The notes: generated by a model from the sequence alone, not told the origin. DNA of 64,000 nt from Patescibacteria group bacterium (GCA_038065255.1 JBBTRI010000006.1:9240-73239); one strand, 5' to 3'. Numbered from the stretch's first letter, positions 39,696 through 48,352 are shown. Translations and numbers: made by a program.

Positions 39696-40745
39696 TTACT
39701 TCCAGGTATCCATGGGATCGGTCGAGAGAACCACGTGCATGCCCGCTTTGGCATAGCGGTCTAGCGAACTTTCCGCCTGGACCGTATAGTCCACGACTCC
39801 CGGCACGACGACGGCGGAGGTGCAATCCCGAAGGATGTACACCTTCTCGGCGAGCGAACGGTCGCGCGCCATGATGTCGTCGAGCAGATCGTCGATGGAG
39901 CTCTTCACGCAGTGGCTTGCAGCCTGTCCTGCGATGATGAGCATGTCAGCGTTCGTGAGCTTGAGGAGGAGCTTGGTGTTGAGGCCTTCCGTGAGCGGCG
40001 CGCCGTCGTAGCGAGTCGTCACTTCAGGTTTGAACACGGAGTAGTTCTCGGTGAGCGGGTGCCCGCCCTTGATTTCCAGAAGCGATTGCCGGCCGCGCGC
40101 GAACGCGTGGAAAAGCCTCGCTTCATTGATCACGCCGGTGAGGGCATGCCCTTCCGTGCCGAGCAGGCAGTGGTAGGGCCAGAGGTAAAGAGTGTACTTG
40201 CCGGACTTTTCGAGTTCGGCGCAGTAGTGCTCCACCTGGTGATTCAGGAACGCCATCACTGCGCTTGGGTTCGCATCTCCGGCGATCCAGTTGGCAACAG
40301 CCGGATTGGGACGATAGATGCCCTGCCGGATCTCTTGCACCGTGATCATGGTGTGGGGGGACGGGTGCGAGCCGTCTTCCTTCAGCCAGAACGACGGGAA
40401 GAAGATCTGGAAGGGGTAGTGCGTATCGAGGGTGAGGGTGATGTCGTCGATGACGCCGAGATTGCGATAGATGAATTCCGCGAAGCGGACGTTGTCATCG
40501 ATCGCACCCCGGCCGCTGCGGGCCCCCACGTAGAGGGAGCCTTCCGGGAAGCAGAAGTCCTTCTGGAGGTCGATGCCGAGGACGTGAATCCGCGACTTTT
40601 TCACGGGCGCGATGGTGTGAGCAGCGCGCCAGCGCTCGGCCTCTTCGAAGACTTTCTGGGACGAGGGGTTGTATCCCCAATTCTCGGCATTCTTCGCCTC
40701 GAAGAGTGGTGGGATGGGGAGTGCGGGATTGGTCGATGTCTTCAT
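39696..40745 (-). CDS. pncA: Nicotinamidase-like cysteine hydrolase (isochorismatase family, long form)
   Basis: IDLQKDF, LDTH, WPYHC, KG and GQAASHCV give the Asp-Lys-Cys triad and metal ligands; lies in the pncB operon. Confidence 0.8.
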   Translation of the reverse strand: MKTSTNPALPIPPLFEAKNAENWGYNPSSQKVFEEAERWRAAHTIAPVKKSRIHVLGIDLQKDFCFPEGSLYVGARSGRGAIDDNVRFAEFIYRNLGVIDDITLTLDTHYPFQIFFPSFWLKEDGSHPSPHTMITVQEIRQGIYRPNPAVANWIAGDANPSAVMAFLNHQVEHYCAELEKSGKYTLYLWPYHCLLGTEGHALTGVINEARLFHAFARGRQSLLEIKGGHPLTENYSVFKPEVTTRYDGAPLTEGLNTKLLLKLTNADMLIIAGQAASHCVKSSIDDLLDDIMARDRSLAEKVYILRDCTSAVVVPGVVDYTVQAESSLDRYAKAGMHVVLSTDPMDTWK

Positions 40746-40765
40746 CGGGGGCGTCCTTTCGTGTT

Positions 40766-42628
40766 CTAGAGAGTTAGCGTGGTGATTTCATGTGCTGACA
40801 CGACTGCAATGCCGCCCTGGCAGGGAAGCAACGTGCAATCGGCATCAACAAAGTTTTCCGTGTCCGGGAATTCACGTGTTACGACCAGATCGGAACCTGA
40901 TTGCTCCACGCGCACGATACCCCTATCCGTTGGTACGAATAGGAATGGCCCAATCGCGCAACTTCCATTGAACGATGAGAGCCAGCTCGTGTTTGCGGCA
41001 TTGCCTTCCGCCTGCGCCAGGATTACTCCTCGCGCATTAATGAGATAGGTGCGCTGCATGAGCGTGCCGTACTCATCGGTACAGATCGTGAACCAACAGA
41101 GATCCTTAGAGAATCTGCAATTGGCATTGATGATCCGCCCTCTGATCTGAGGCAGACGAACGGAGTCGTTGAGGACTGAGCCTATTGGTTTTGCAATGAA
41201 GGCCTGCGCTAGTGTTCCTGCTCGGTAGAATCCGAATCCGAAAGCGGGTCCTGTCCAAAAGCGTGTGTAGCCGGCGAGTGCAGTGCCCAAGAGCCGTGGT
41301 TCATAGGTGTCATCTTTCAGTACGCGCCCTTGCTCAACCCAGTACAGACTCTCTCCGTCGGTTGCGAATTGCGTTTGTCCTTCGACTAGATCTGCCTGAA
41401 CGACTGAGCGTTGCCCTGACGGGCCATATCGCTCGATAATTCCTTTCGAAGCGATAATGGTATCTGTGCCCACTATGCCGTATTGCATGTCTGGAGTTGT
41501 TTTGCCGTTCACGATGAGTGTTCCTTGTTCACGCTTGAAAGCCCCCTGTTCGTAGGTGATCCATTGGAGCGTTCCGTTGCGTGCAGTTGCATGGATGATG
41601 ATCCTGGTCGTTTTGAAGATGCGTGTTGCTGTCACCGTTCCTCGAATGGTTATGTGTTCTTTAACAATCTGGCGTTGTGGTGTGATGCATGAAGGGCAGG
41701 TGCTTCGGGCGTGGAACAAGCTGCACGTCGGGCACTGCTGAAAGCGAAGAGTTGTGAGAAGCTGCTGAGGAAAGACCCCTCGTTTATCCCGCGTGAAGAT
41801 CTGAGTGAATTCGTGAATTAAGTCATCCGGCAGCATGGAGTAGTGGAGTGCTGGCTTGGGGTAGGCAATATCGGGATGAAAGACAGTCATACGTTCCGCA
41901 AGTCTCTCTCGGTGTCCCATTCTGTGCTTTGATTGTGATGGTTTGTGGATACCTCCATAGGGCCCGACATAGAGCAGAAGTTGCATGAGCATGCATGCAT
42001 ATGCATACCAGTCAGATGTTTCTCTATGGGGAGAGGACAGCATGATCGAATCTTGTATCGTACAGAGCATCGGATCGACGAATCGTTCCGTGAACATTCG
42101 GCAGAGATAGTGTCCAAACTGGAAACTATCCGTATCGATGATCATAGTTCCTGTTCCCTGTACGAGTATGTTGAGATCATTGAAGTCCCCAATTACAACG
42201 CCGATCGCATGGATTTTTTTGAGTGTTGCATGGAGATTTCGCATGATTGCCGGAATCACATCAACGGGGGTACTGCGGCGGAATGCTTTGTCGCTGTAGC
42301 GGATAAGCTCTGTCGCTCCTACGATTTTTTTCATGCTGTATCCCAGTATGCGATTGCTGCGCATATCAGTTGCGCTAGCCATTGGCGTAATGACTTCCGG
42401 TGGCAGGGATGTTGGAAATGCCATGAGTTTTGTCTGGTATTCTTCTAGACGCTCCCGTACAGCTCGCTGGATATCTGGTTGATTGGTAAAGTCGGGGTGG
42501 TCTGGCTGTTTGTAGAGTTTGAATACCAAATCATTTCCGATATCGTAGATGACTGCTTCACCTCCCTGGCCGATAATCCGCTTTGCTTCAAGCTTGAGTG
42601 GCTTGCCATTGAGATTGACGGTAGTCAT
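40766..42628 (-). CDS. Ser/Thr protein kinase-like (TerY-P triad type) with Zn ribbon and beta-rich C-terminal domain
   Basis: IGQGGEA, FKLY, IGDFNDLNILV, IDTDSFQ, D.Y; CPTC..CPSC; ATGA overlap with the upstream phosphatase. Confidence 0.85.
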   Translation of the reverse strand: MTTVNLNGKPLKLEAKRIIGQGGEAVIYDIGNDLVFKLYKQPDHPDFTNQPDIQRAVRERLEEYQTKLMAFPTSLPPEVITPMASATDMRSNRILGYSMKKIVGATELIRYSDKAFRRSTPVDVIPAIMRNLHATLKKIHAIGVVIGDFNDLNILVQGTGTMIIDTDSFQFGHYLCRMFTERFVDPMLCTIQDSIMLSSPHRETSDWYAYACMLMQLLLYVGPYGGIHKPSQSKHRMGHRERLAERMTVFHPDIAYPKPALHYSMLPDDLIHEFTQIFTRDKRGVFPQQLLTTLRFQQCPTCSLFHARSTCPSCITPQRQIVKEHITIRGTVTATRIFKTTRIIIHATARNGTLQWITYEQGAFKREQGTLIVNGKTTPDMQYGIVGTDTIIASKGIIERYGPSGQRSVVQADLVEGQTQFATDGESLYWVEQGRVLKDDTYEPRLLGTALAGYTRFWTGPAFGFGFYRAGTLAQAFIAKPIGSVLNDSVRLPQIRGRIINANCRFSKDLCWFTICTDEYGTLMQRTYLINARGVILAQAEGNAANTSWLSSFNGSCAIGPFLFVPTDRGIVRVEQSGSDLVVTREFPDTENFVDADCTLLPCQGGIAVVSAHEITTLTL

Positions 42629-43530
42629 TGCTCGCATACCTCGTTTCTTTTTCCCAGAATCACCGTCGTATCATCCGGCAGCAACCCTGGATTTCTTGCA
42701 ATTGCTGTTCCGAGATTATTCATGCGGACAACATCTGTTGCTATCGCAGAAAGTCGGCGTCGAAGCGCATCACGATTCATCACGTAGCGTTCCTCAGTCC
42801 AGAATTGACTGACTGGTCCGATAGGTGAATCGGTTCCCGGAAGCATGTCGGATTCATGGCGCTGCAGGTGGGCTATTCCATCTGTTGCAAGAAGGAAATG
42901 ATGAAGATCATTGGTTGCTATCACTCGGTTGACAGTGAGAATGAGCGATTGTGGTGGCAGAGATGTTTTCACGAGACGATAAGCTAGGTAGGGCGGCGAA
43001 TTTGCTTCCGCTATTTCGAGCGGTAGGTGTTCGCCATTTATTACCATTGCGCCATCGCCAAGCGAAAAGAACGCAGCATGGGTTGCTGTCATGAGAACAC
43101 CGACAATCGTGAAGAGGAGATGGTCCTGCACAAAGATTGCACGATCCTCCACTTCCATACTGGTGATAAGTGCAGAGAGTTTTACACAGACACGCCCCGG
43201 TATTCCCTCGCGCCATTCCCAGTGATTTTGGTGATCAAAGAGGAGATGTTGGCTTTCCGGAGCGTAGTTGTTGAGCGCGCGCAGAACTTCACTGCATACA
43301 AGGCGCGCACCAAGCACTGCGCCAATTTCATTGTGGTTAGTAGTATTTTCATGTTGACTACCACTGCCGCACCCATCTGTTACGACCGCTATAGTTGCGT
43401 TGTGTTGATGTATGACACAGAAACCATCATGATTGTTTTTTCCCGATCGTATGTGATCACGTCCCGTTACTGATGCATGGGCAAATGTGAAAGGTAGGTG
43501 TGATTCAAGAAAGGTTTTTGTCGTAGACAT
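42625..43530 (-). CDS. PP2C-like protein phosphatase (PP2C_2 type)
   Basis: SVTGRDH, NHD, VTDGCGS, LGDG, LATDG, DDTT. Confidence 0.88.
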   Translation of the reverse strand: MSTTKTFLESHLPFTFAHASVTGRDHIRSGKNNHDGFCVIHQHNATIAVVTDGCGSGSQHENTTNHNEIGAVLGARLVCSEVLRALNNYAPESQHLLFDHQNHWEWREGIPGRVCVKLSALITSMEVEDRAIFVQDHLLFTIVGVLMTATHAAFFSLGDGAMVINGEHLPLEIAEANSPPYLAYRLVKTSLPPQSLILTVNRVIATNDLHHFLLATDGIAHLQRHESDMLPGTDSPIGPVSQFWTEERYVMNRDALRRRLSAIATDVVRMNNLGTAIARNPGLLPDDTTVILGKRNEVCEQ

Positions 43531-43621
43531 TTTCAATGTACAGTTGCCGCATCGTAGAGATGCAGGTCTCAGAGCTTAGTAAGGTTTTCTGGTGGTTAAG
43601 TACTGAGATCTTCATTCTACA

Positions 43622-43638
43622 AGTGTACTAAGTACACT
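43622..43638. promoter_or_regulatory. NrtR operator-like palindrome 1
   Basis: AGTGTACT-A-AGTACACT perfect palindrome with GT-N7-AC core; overlaps minus-strand TTGCCT-18-TACACT. Confidence 0.8.
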
Positions 43639-43713
43639 AACTAAGAGGCAAAAAATAATATGGAGACGTAAGGGAGGGGAGTGGTTTGTGATGCCTGCAA
43701 TTGAGATACTAAT

Positions 43714-43730
43714 ATTGTATTATATACACT
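43714..43730. promoter_or_regulatory. NrtR operator-like palindrome 2
   Basis: ATTGTATTATATACACT with GT-N7-AC core, followed by AACTAAGAGGC as in copy 1. Confidence 0.7.
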
Positions 43731-43822
43731 AACTAAGAGGCGAAAAAATAAGTGGAAGAAGAAGCTATAGAGTGAAAAAAGAGATGGACAGACAGGAAAA
43801 ATGATAGAGTGGCAGTCATATA

Positions 43823-43839
43823 GGTGTATATAATACACT
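43823..43839. promoter_or_regulatory. NrtR operator-like palindrome 3
   Basis: GGTGTATATAATACACT with GT-N7-AC core, followed by AACTAGG. Confidence 0.72.
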
Positions 43840-43875
43840 AACTAGGGATAAAAAAATAAATAGGGATAGGCACTA

Positions 43876-44553
43876 TCAGAGAATATCTACAAATTCGGGA
43901 ATGCGTTTTTTGAAGGTATAGAGTTCTGCGGGGCGGTTTGCCGTGCCTCGGCGTTTCTTTCCTGTTGCGCGGATAAGACCTAGTGAGAGTATTTTTTTGC
44001 GAAAGTTTCGCTTGTCAAGCTTGCGGCCGAGAATCACTTCATATACCGATTGCAGTTCGCTGAGTGTGAATTCTTTAGATAGAAGGCTATAACTGATGGT
44101 GCTATAGGCAAGTTTGCTTTTGAGGCGATCGATTGCTCGTGAGATGATTTCACTATGGTCATAGGCTAGCGAAGGAAGTTTTTTGATGGGAAACCAATCA
44201 ATTCCTGCATAATCAGCTGTCGTTTTTAATGACACATTGGTGCTTGGTATGAGTGCAAAGTAGGCGACGGATACTACGCGTCCGCGAGGGTCACGGTCTA
44301 CACGGCCAAATGTATAGAGCTGCTCGAGGTAGACGTCTTTGACGTTTGTTTTTGCTCGGAGATGGCGGAGGGCTGCCTCGTCGGCTGATTCGTCCGGCGT
44401 AATAAGTCCGCCGGGTATGGCCCACATGTTGACATAGGGTTGCCGTGTCATTTTGATAAGCAGTACTTTGAGTTGGCCATTCTGGATGGTAAAGATGACG
44501 ATATCAGTTGCAAGTATTGCGTGGACAAATTGTTTGAGTGGTGCGATGGGCAT
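43876..44553 (-). CDS. nrtR: NrtR-family transcriptional regulator (degenerate NUDIX + wHTH)
   Basis: WAIPGG, YLEQLYTF...RDPRGRVVSVAY, LAYDH, FTLSELQ.VYE.IL..LDKRNFRKK, RPA.LY; Nudix REUXEE replaced by RHLRAK; start MPIAPL at 44553. Confidence 0.93.
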   Translation of the reverse strand: MPIAPLKQFVHAILATDIVIFTIQNGQLKVLLIKMTRQPYVNMWAIPGGLITPDESADEAALRHLRAKTNVKDVYLEQLYTFGRVDRDPRGRVVSVAYFALIPSTNVSLKTTADYAGIDWFPIKKLPSLAYDHSEIISRAIDRLKSKLAYSTISYSLLSKEFTLSELQSVYEVILGRKLDKRNFRKKILSLGLIRATGKKRRGTANRPAELYTFKKRIPEFVDIL

Positions 44554-44557
44554 ATAC

Positions 44558-44603
44558 TTAGTGTCTAACATACACATACTAGCATATCTCAAAACCCTGT
44601 CAA
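44558..44603 (-). promoter_or_regulatory. nrtR promoter with autoregulatory operator
   Basis: Minus strand TTGACA-16-(TGn)TAGTAT, then operator TTAGTGTCTAACATACAC (44558-44575, GT-N7-AC) just before the ATG. Confidence 0.72.
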
Positions 44604-44739
44604 GAGGGAAGTCTGAGAATTATTGAGAAAAAGGAAATAGTACTGTATTTATGCGATAAAATACCACCTCTTCTTTTGTAGGAGTCTTTTAATCAATCCC
44701 AATTTTTGGTAGAGTAGGAAGAGTTATACACACTCACCT

Positions 44740-46224
44740 ATGACCATCCTTTTTCCTGGCAGGCACCATATTCTTACGTCATTTCAACATGATACACTTA
44801 AGTCGCTTGTGTACCACGGCTGGAAGGGCAAGAAGATACGTCGCATTGTCATTGCTGTCACATCAGCAAACCACGAAAATACCCGCCGCAATCCCTTGCC
44901 GCTCCATCTGCGCACTATGGCAATTCAAGAATGTTTTCGAGATATCGGGTGTGAAGTAAAAATCTATCCAATACCGGATACTGCGCCTACCAATGAATAC
45001 GCCCAGTATCTTCTTTCGCATATTCAGTACCAGGGAGGGCAACTGCTTCGGCCATCGAATACGCTGTTGGCATGCTCGACACCGGATGTCATCCGTTTGT
45101 TTACCAAGCTTGGTTTTAGCCATCATTCCATGGAGCTCGTTTCAGCAGCAACCAATAGCTATTCGGTGTCGCGCCCGTTTGAAGTTATCAATTCTCTCGT
45201 ACAAGCTGGCACAAACTGGAGAAAGGATCAAATATGGCGAATGTATGCCCATCTTTCATCCCAGCAGATTTATGATACGTATAATATTGGTGATCTGATC
45301 GTCGAGCTCTTTTCTGATGCCCTTCTCAATGATGATGCCGATATCACTGAAACGAGGAATTACCAGACGTATGCACTCTCAATGGACTCTGTTATACATA
45401 TCAAATTTCAGGACATCGAACCGTTTATAGTCGAAGGTAAAATTGTTGATGTGGGATGTTCAACCGGTTCATTGGTTCGTTTGCTTGCGAAGCATTTTAA
45501 CGAATCGGATATTATCGGTATCGAAGCAGTACGTCGTTTCTATGAATACTGCCGCTCGCAGGAGTATGATAACCCCTTTGTTTTTTTCTATAGAAGAAAT
45601 ATCACCGACCAAGTATTCAAAGATCACTCCATTAACACGTGTATTTATTCATCCGTTCTTCATGAAGTGTATTCGTATCTTGGTGAAAAACTTCTTCATA
45701 GGGTTCTTCACAACACGTATAAACAGCTTAAAAAAGGAGGGAGAATCATTATCCGAGATGTTGTGGGGCCTGAACACCCCAATTCAACCGTTCTTTTATC
45801 TCTCAATGAAAAAGACGGCAAAGCGAGTGGTGCAATCGGACAGCTTTCAACTTATGCAAAATTTTTCAGATTCGCTGAGGAATTCATTCCACGAAAAATC
45901 AAGTATACTGTCGTAACACGAGGAGGAGTGAGGTATATCAAGCTTCGCTTGCAAGATGCGTATGAATACTTGAGTAAAATGACGTATGTCGACAACTGGA
46001 AAAGCGAACTTCATGAAGAGTTTGGGTTTTATTCGTATACGGGTTGGGTGAAACTTCTTGAGCGAATGGGGTTCCGTATTGTAAATGGCTCAAAAACTTT
46101 TTCTAATGAATATATCATTAAAAACAAGTATGAGCCGCGAGCTACACTCTATGTGGCACAAGGATCATCATTGCGGCAGATCGACTATCCGCCGACAAAT
46201 ATGATACTCGTCGGTGAAAAATAA
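44740..46224 (+). CDS. Fusion of a NadM-like (HUP/cytidylyltransferase) domain and a class I SAM-dependent methyltransferase
   Basis: N-terminal FPGRHH...IVIAVTSAN..TRRNPLP...R; C-terminal IVDVGCSTG, GIE, SSVLHE, LKKGGRIIIRD. Confidence 0.75.
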   Translation: MTILFPGRHHILTSFQHDTLKSLVYHGWKGKKIRRIVIAVTSANHENTRRNPLPLHLRTMAIQECFRDIGCEVKIYPIPDTAPTNEYAQYLLSHIQYQGGQLLRPSNTLLACSTPDVIRLFTKLGFSHHSMELVSAATNSYSVSRPFEVINSLVQAGTNWRKDQIWRMYAHLSSQQIYDTYNIGDLIVELFSDALLNDDADITETRNYQTYALSMDSVIHIKFQDIEPFIVEGKIVDVGCSTGSLVRLLAKHFNESDIIGIEAVRRFYEYCRSQEYDNPFVFFYRRNITDQVFKDHSINTCIYSSVLHEVYSYLGEKLLHRVLHNTYKQLKKGGRIIIRDVVGPEHPNSTVLLSLNEKDGKASGAIGQLSTYAKFFRFAEEFIPRKIKYTVVTRGGVRYIKLRLQDAYEYLSKMTYVDNWKSELHEEFGFYSYTGWVKLLERMGFRIVNGSKTFSNEYIIKNKYEPRATLYVAQGSSLRQIDYPPTNMILVGEK

Positions 46225-46230
46225 TAATCT

Positions 46231-47130
46231 ATGAAACGCATTGCCATACTTGGAGCAGGGGAGCTTGGAAGCTGTATTGGGAAGCTTCTTCAAAAAAATA
46301 AAAAATTATCAATTGAATGGTGGGATGCCAATCCTCAAAAGGTGCCCAATCAAAAACCTCTCGCAACACTTGTCTCTTGTACAGATTTTTTGTTTCTCTG
46401 TGTACCGTCATGGGTGTTTCGCAAGGCGCTCGAACAGGTGCGGCCGCATCTCAAAAAAACGACCATTGTTGTTTCATTTGCAAAAGGTATTGAGCGGAAA
46501 ACACAGCTCACTATGGATGTGCTTTTGAATGAAGTATTGCATCGAAACCAACCCACTGTTCTTGTGAGTGGACCCATGCTTGCGGAGGAGTTGGAAATGA
46601 ATCTTCCCGCAGGAGGCATTCTTGCTGCAAAAAATAGGCGTGCGTACGAAAGAGTTGCCGCATTATTTGCACATACGCCAATCACATGCTGCTATTCGTC
46701 CGATGTCCGTGGCGTTGCGCTTGCGGGAGTTTTGAAAAATATCTATGCAACGGCTTTGGGTGCAGTTGACGGTTTGGGGTTGGGAATGAATGCAAGAGGG
46801 CTTGTTATTGTGCGAGCGGCAGATGAAATGGCGCGGATACTTCCTTTGCTTGGCGGCAAGGCTGCAACAACTTATTCATTGGCAGGTATCGGCGATTTGA
46901 TTGCAACCGGTTCAAGTAACTATTCGAAAAATTACAGTGTCGGTAAAGAACTTGCTCTGTCCGGCGTGTGCGGTATTGAAAGTGAAGGAAAATCTTCCAT
47001 TGCAGCATTTGAATCGATGCTTGGCGGCAAGGCAGCAACATTCAAGCTGTTTCAAGTTGTCAAAGCTATTTTGTCATGCAAAAAAGACGCCCGCTCAGCA
47101 TTAAGCCGTTATTTTAAGAAATGTGAATAA
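46231..47130 (+). CDS. gpsA: NAD(P)H-dependent glycerol-3-phosphate dehydrogenase
   Basis: GAGELG, KGIE, SGP..A.E, D..GV.L.G.LKN, GIGDLIAT, S.N. Confidence 0.92.
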   Translation: MKRIAILGAGELGSCIGKLLQKNKKLSIEWWDANPQKVPNQKPLATLVSCTDFLFLCVPSWVFRKALEQVRPHLKKTTIVVSFAKGIERKTQLTMDVLLNEVLHRNQPTVLVSGPMLAEELEMNLPAGGILAAKNRRAYERVAALFAHTPITCCYSSDVRGVALAGVLKNIYATALGAVDGLGLGMNARGLVIVRAADEMARILPLLGGKAATTYSLAGIGDLIATGSSNYSKNYSVGKELALSGVCGIESEGKSSIAAFESMLGGKAATFKLFQVVKAILSCKKDARSALSRYFKKCE

Positions 47131-48283
47131 TCAAACCGCTGCACTCGTGCTTGATGTTGGCACATCGAGTATCAAGGCATTTGTATTTGATCAGACATAT
47201 CAGTGTTTGGCTCAAAGCGAACGAAAGCTATCAATATGTCATCCAAAACGTGCACATGTTGAGCAAAATCCAAAGGAACTTTTACGCTTGAGCGCCACAG
47301 TTCTTAAAACAGCTGTACGTTTATCGGGTATTCATCCATCGCGCATGGTGATGGGAATTACGAATCAGCGAGAAACAACCATTCTATGGGATGCCAAGAC
47401 TGGTAAGTCGGTCTATCCAGCAATTGTATGGCAGGATAGGCGAACGGAAAAACAATGCTATTCGCTCAAACGCCATGCATCTGATGTCCGTTCAAGAACG
47501 GGCCTTGTGCTTTCTTCTTATTTTTCGGCATCCAAAATAGCATGGGTACTTAGAAATGTTCCAAAAGCTCAGACTCTCATACGTCAAAATCGCCTACTGT
47601 TTGGCACTGTTGATTCCTGGCTGCTATGGAACTTTGTGGAAGGCAGGCCTCATCTGACAGATTTCACTAATGCAGCACGAACATTGCTTTTTAATATTCA
47701 GACGCTTTTCTGGGATACAAAACTTCTCGGTATATTCGGTGTGCCGCGAGAGCTTATGCCAAAGGTTGTTCCATCGCAGTACGAGTATGGCAGAGTAAAA
47801 AAAGAAATTCTTGGGTATTCTATTCCACTTCTCGCTGTATGTGGAGACCAGCAATCTGGTATGGCGGCAGCTGGCAGTAAAAAAGGTACAACGAAAGTAA
47901 CATATGGCACTGGTACGTTTGTGATGCAATCTCTCGGTACGATATTTGCAGCTCAAAAGAATTTTTTTACCACGCTCATACCCAATCATGGTACGCCGTA
48001 TTATGCACTCGAGGCAAAGATTGACGTTGGAGGCAAGGAAGTTGAACGGGCGCTCCATAGTAAAAAGAAGCTTATTGCACAGCTTACACGCATTGCATGC
48101 TTAGTGGATAAACGTCTTAAAGAATTACCCTTACAGCCACGCGTACTTGTGATAGACGGGGGTGTAACGCGGGATGGGCTCATGAAAACTATCCAGGAGC
48201 AGGTTTCGGGAATCCCCATACAGCCACTCTCGACGTTTCATGGCACAGCTCTTGGTATAGCAAAACTCCTTCTTGACAGGTAG
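47123..48283 (+). CDS. glpK: Glycerol kinase-like FGGY kinase (shortened)
   Basis: DVGTSS, GITNQRETT, AIVWQDRRT, YFSASK, GDQQ, K.TYGTG.F, IDGG; only 386 aa. Confidence 0.8.
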   Translation: MNNQTAALVLDVGTSSIKAFVFDQTYQCLAQSERKLSICHPKRAHVEQNPKELLRLSATVLKTAVRLSGIHPSRMVMGITNQRETTILWDAKTGKSVYPAIVWQDRRTEKQCYSLKRHASDVRSRTGLVLSSYFSASKIAWVLRNVPKAQTLIRQNRLLFGTVDSWLLWNFVEGRPHLTDFTNAARTLLFNIQTLFWDTKLLGIFGVPRELMPKVVPSQYEYGRVKKEILGYSIPLLAVCGDQQSGMAAAGSKKGTTKVTYGTGTFVMQSLGTIFAAQKNFFTTLIPNHGTPYYALEAKIDVGGKEVERALHSKKKLIAQLTRIACLVDKRLKELPLQPRVLVIDGGVTRDGLMKTIQEQVSGIPIQPLSTFHGTALGIAKLLLDR

Positions 48284-48352
48284 TTTTGTCTTTCCATAAA
48301 CATTGGTAGTATAGTAGTGAGATAACAGAACCAAAATAACTATGAGCACCAT

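Noticed and set aside
38831-40769. Long + strand ORFs 38831..39628 and 39912..40769
   Set aside because: Antisense shadows of the motif-bearing vWA and nicotinamidase genes, expected with high GC3.
43565-43610. Imperfect hairpin in the PP2C leader
   Set aside because: It depends on G-U pairs on the + strand that become mismatches on the transcribed minus strand.
43622-43860. Possible CRISPR array or iterons
   Set aside because: Only three degenerate copies with uneven spacing (92 and 109 bp) and no cas or rep gene; better explained as NrtR operators.
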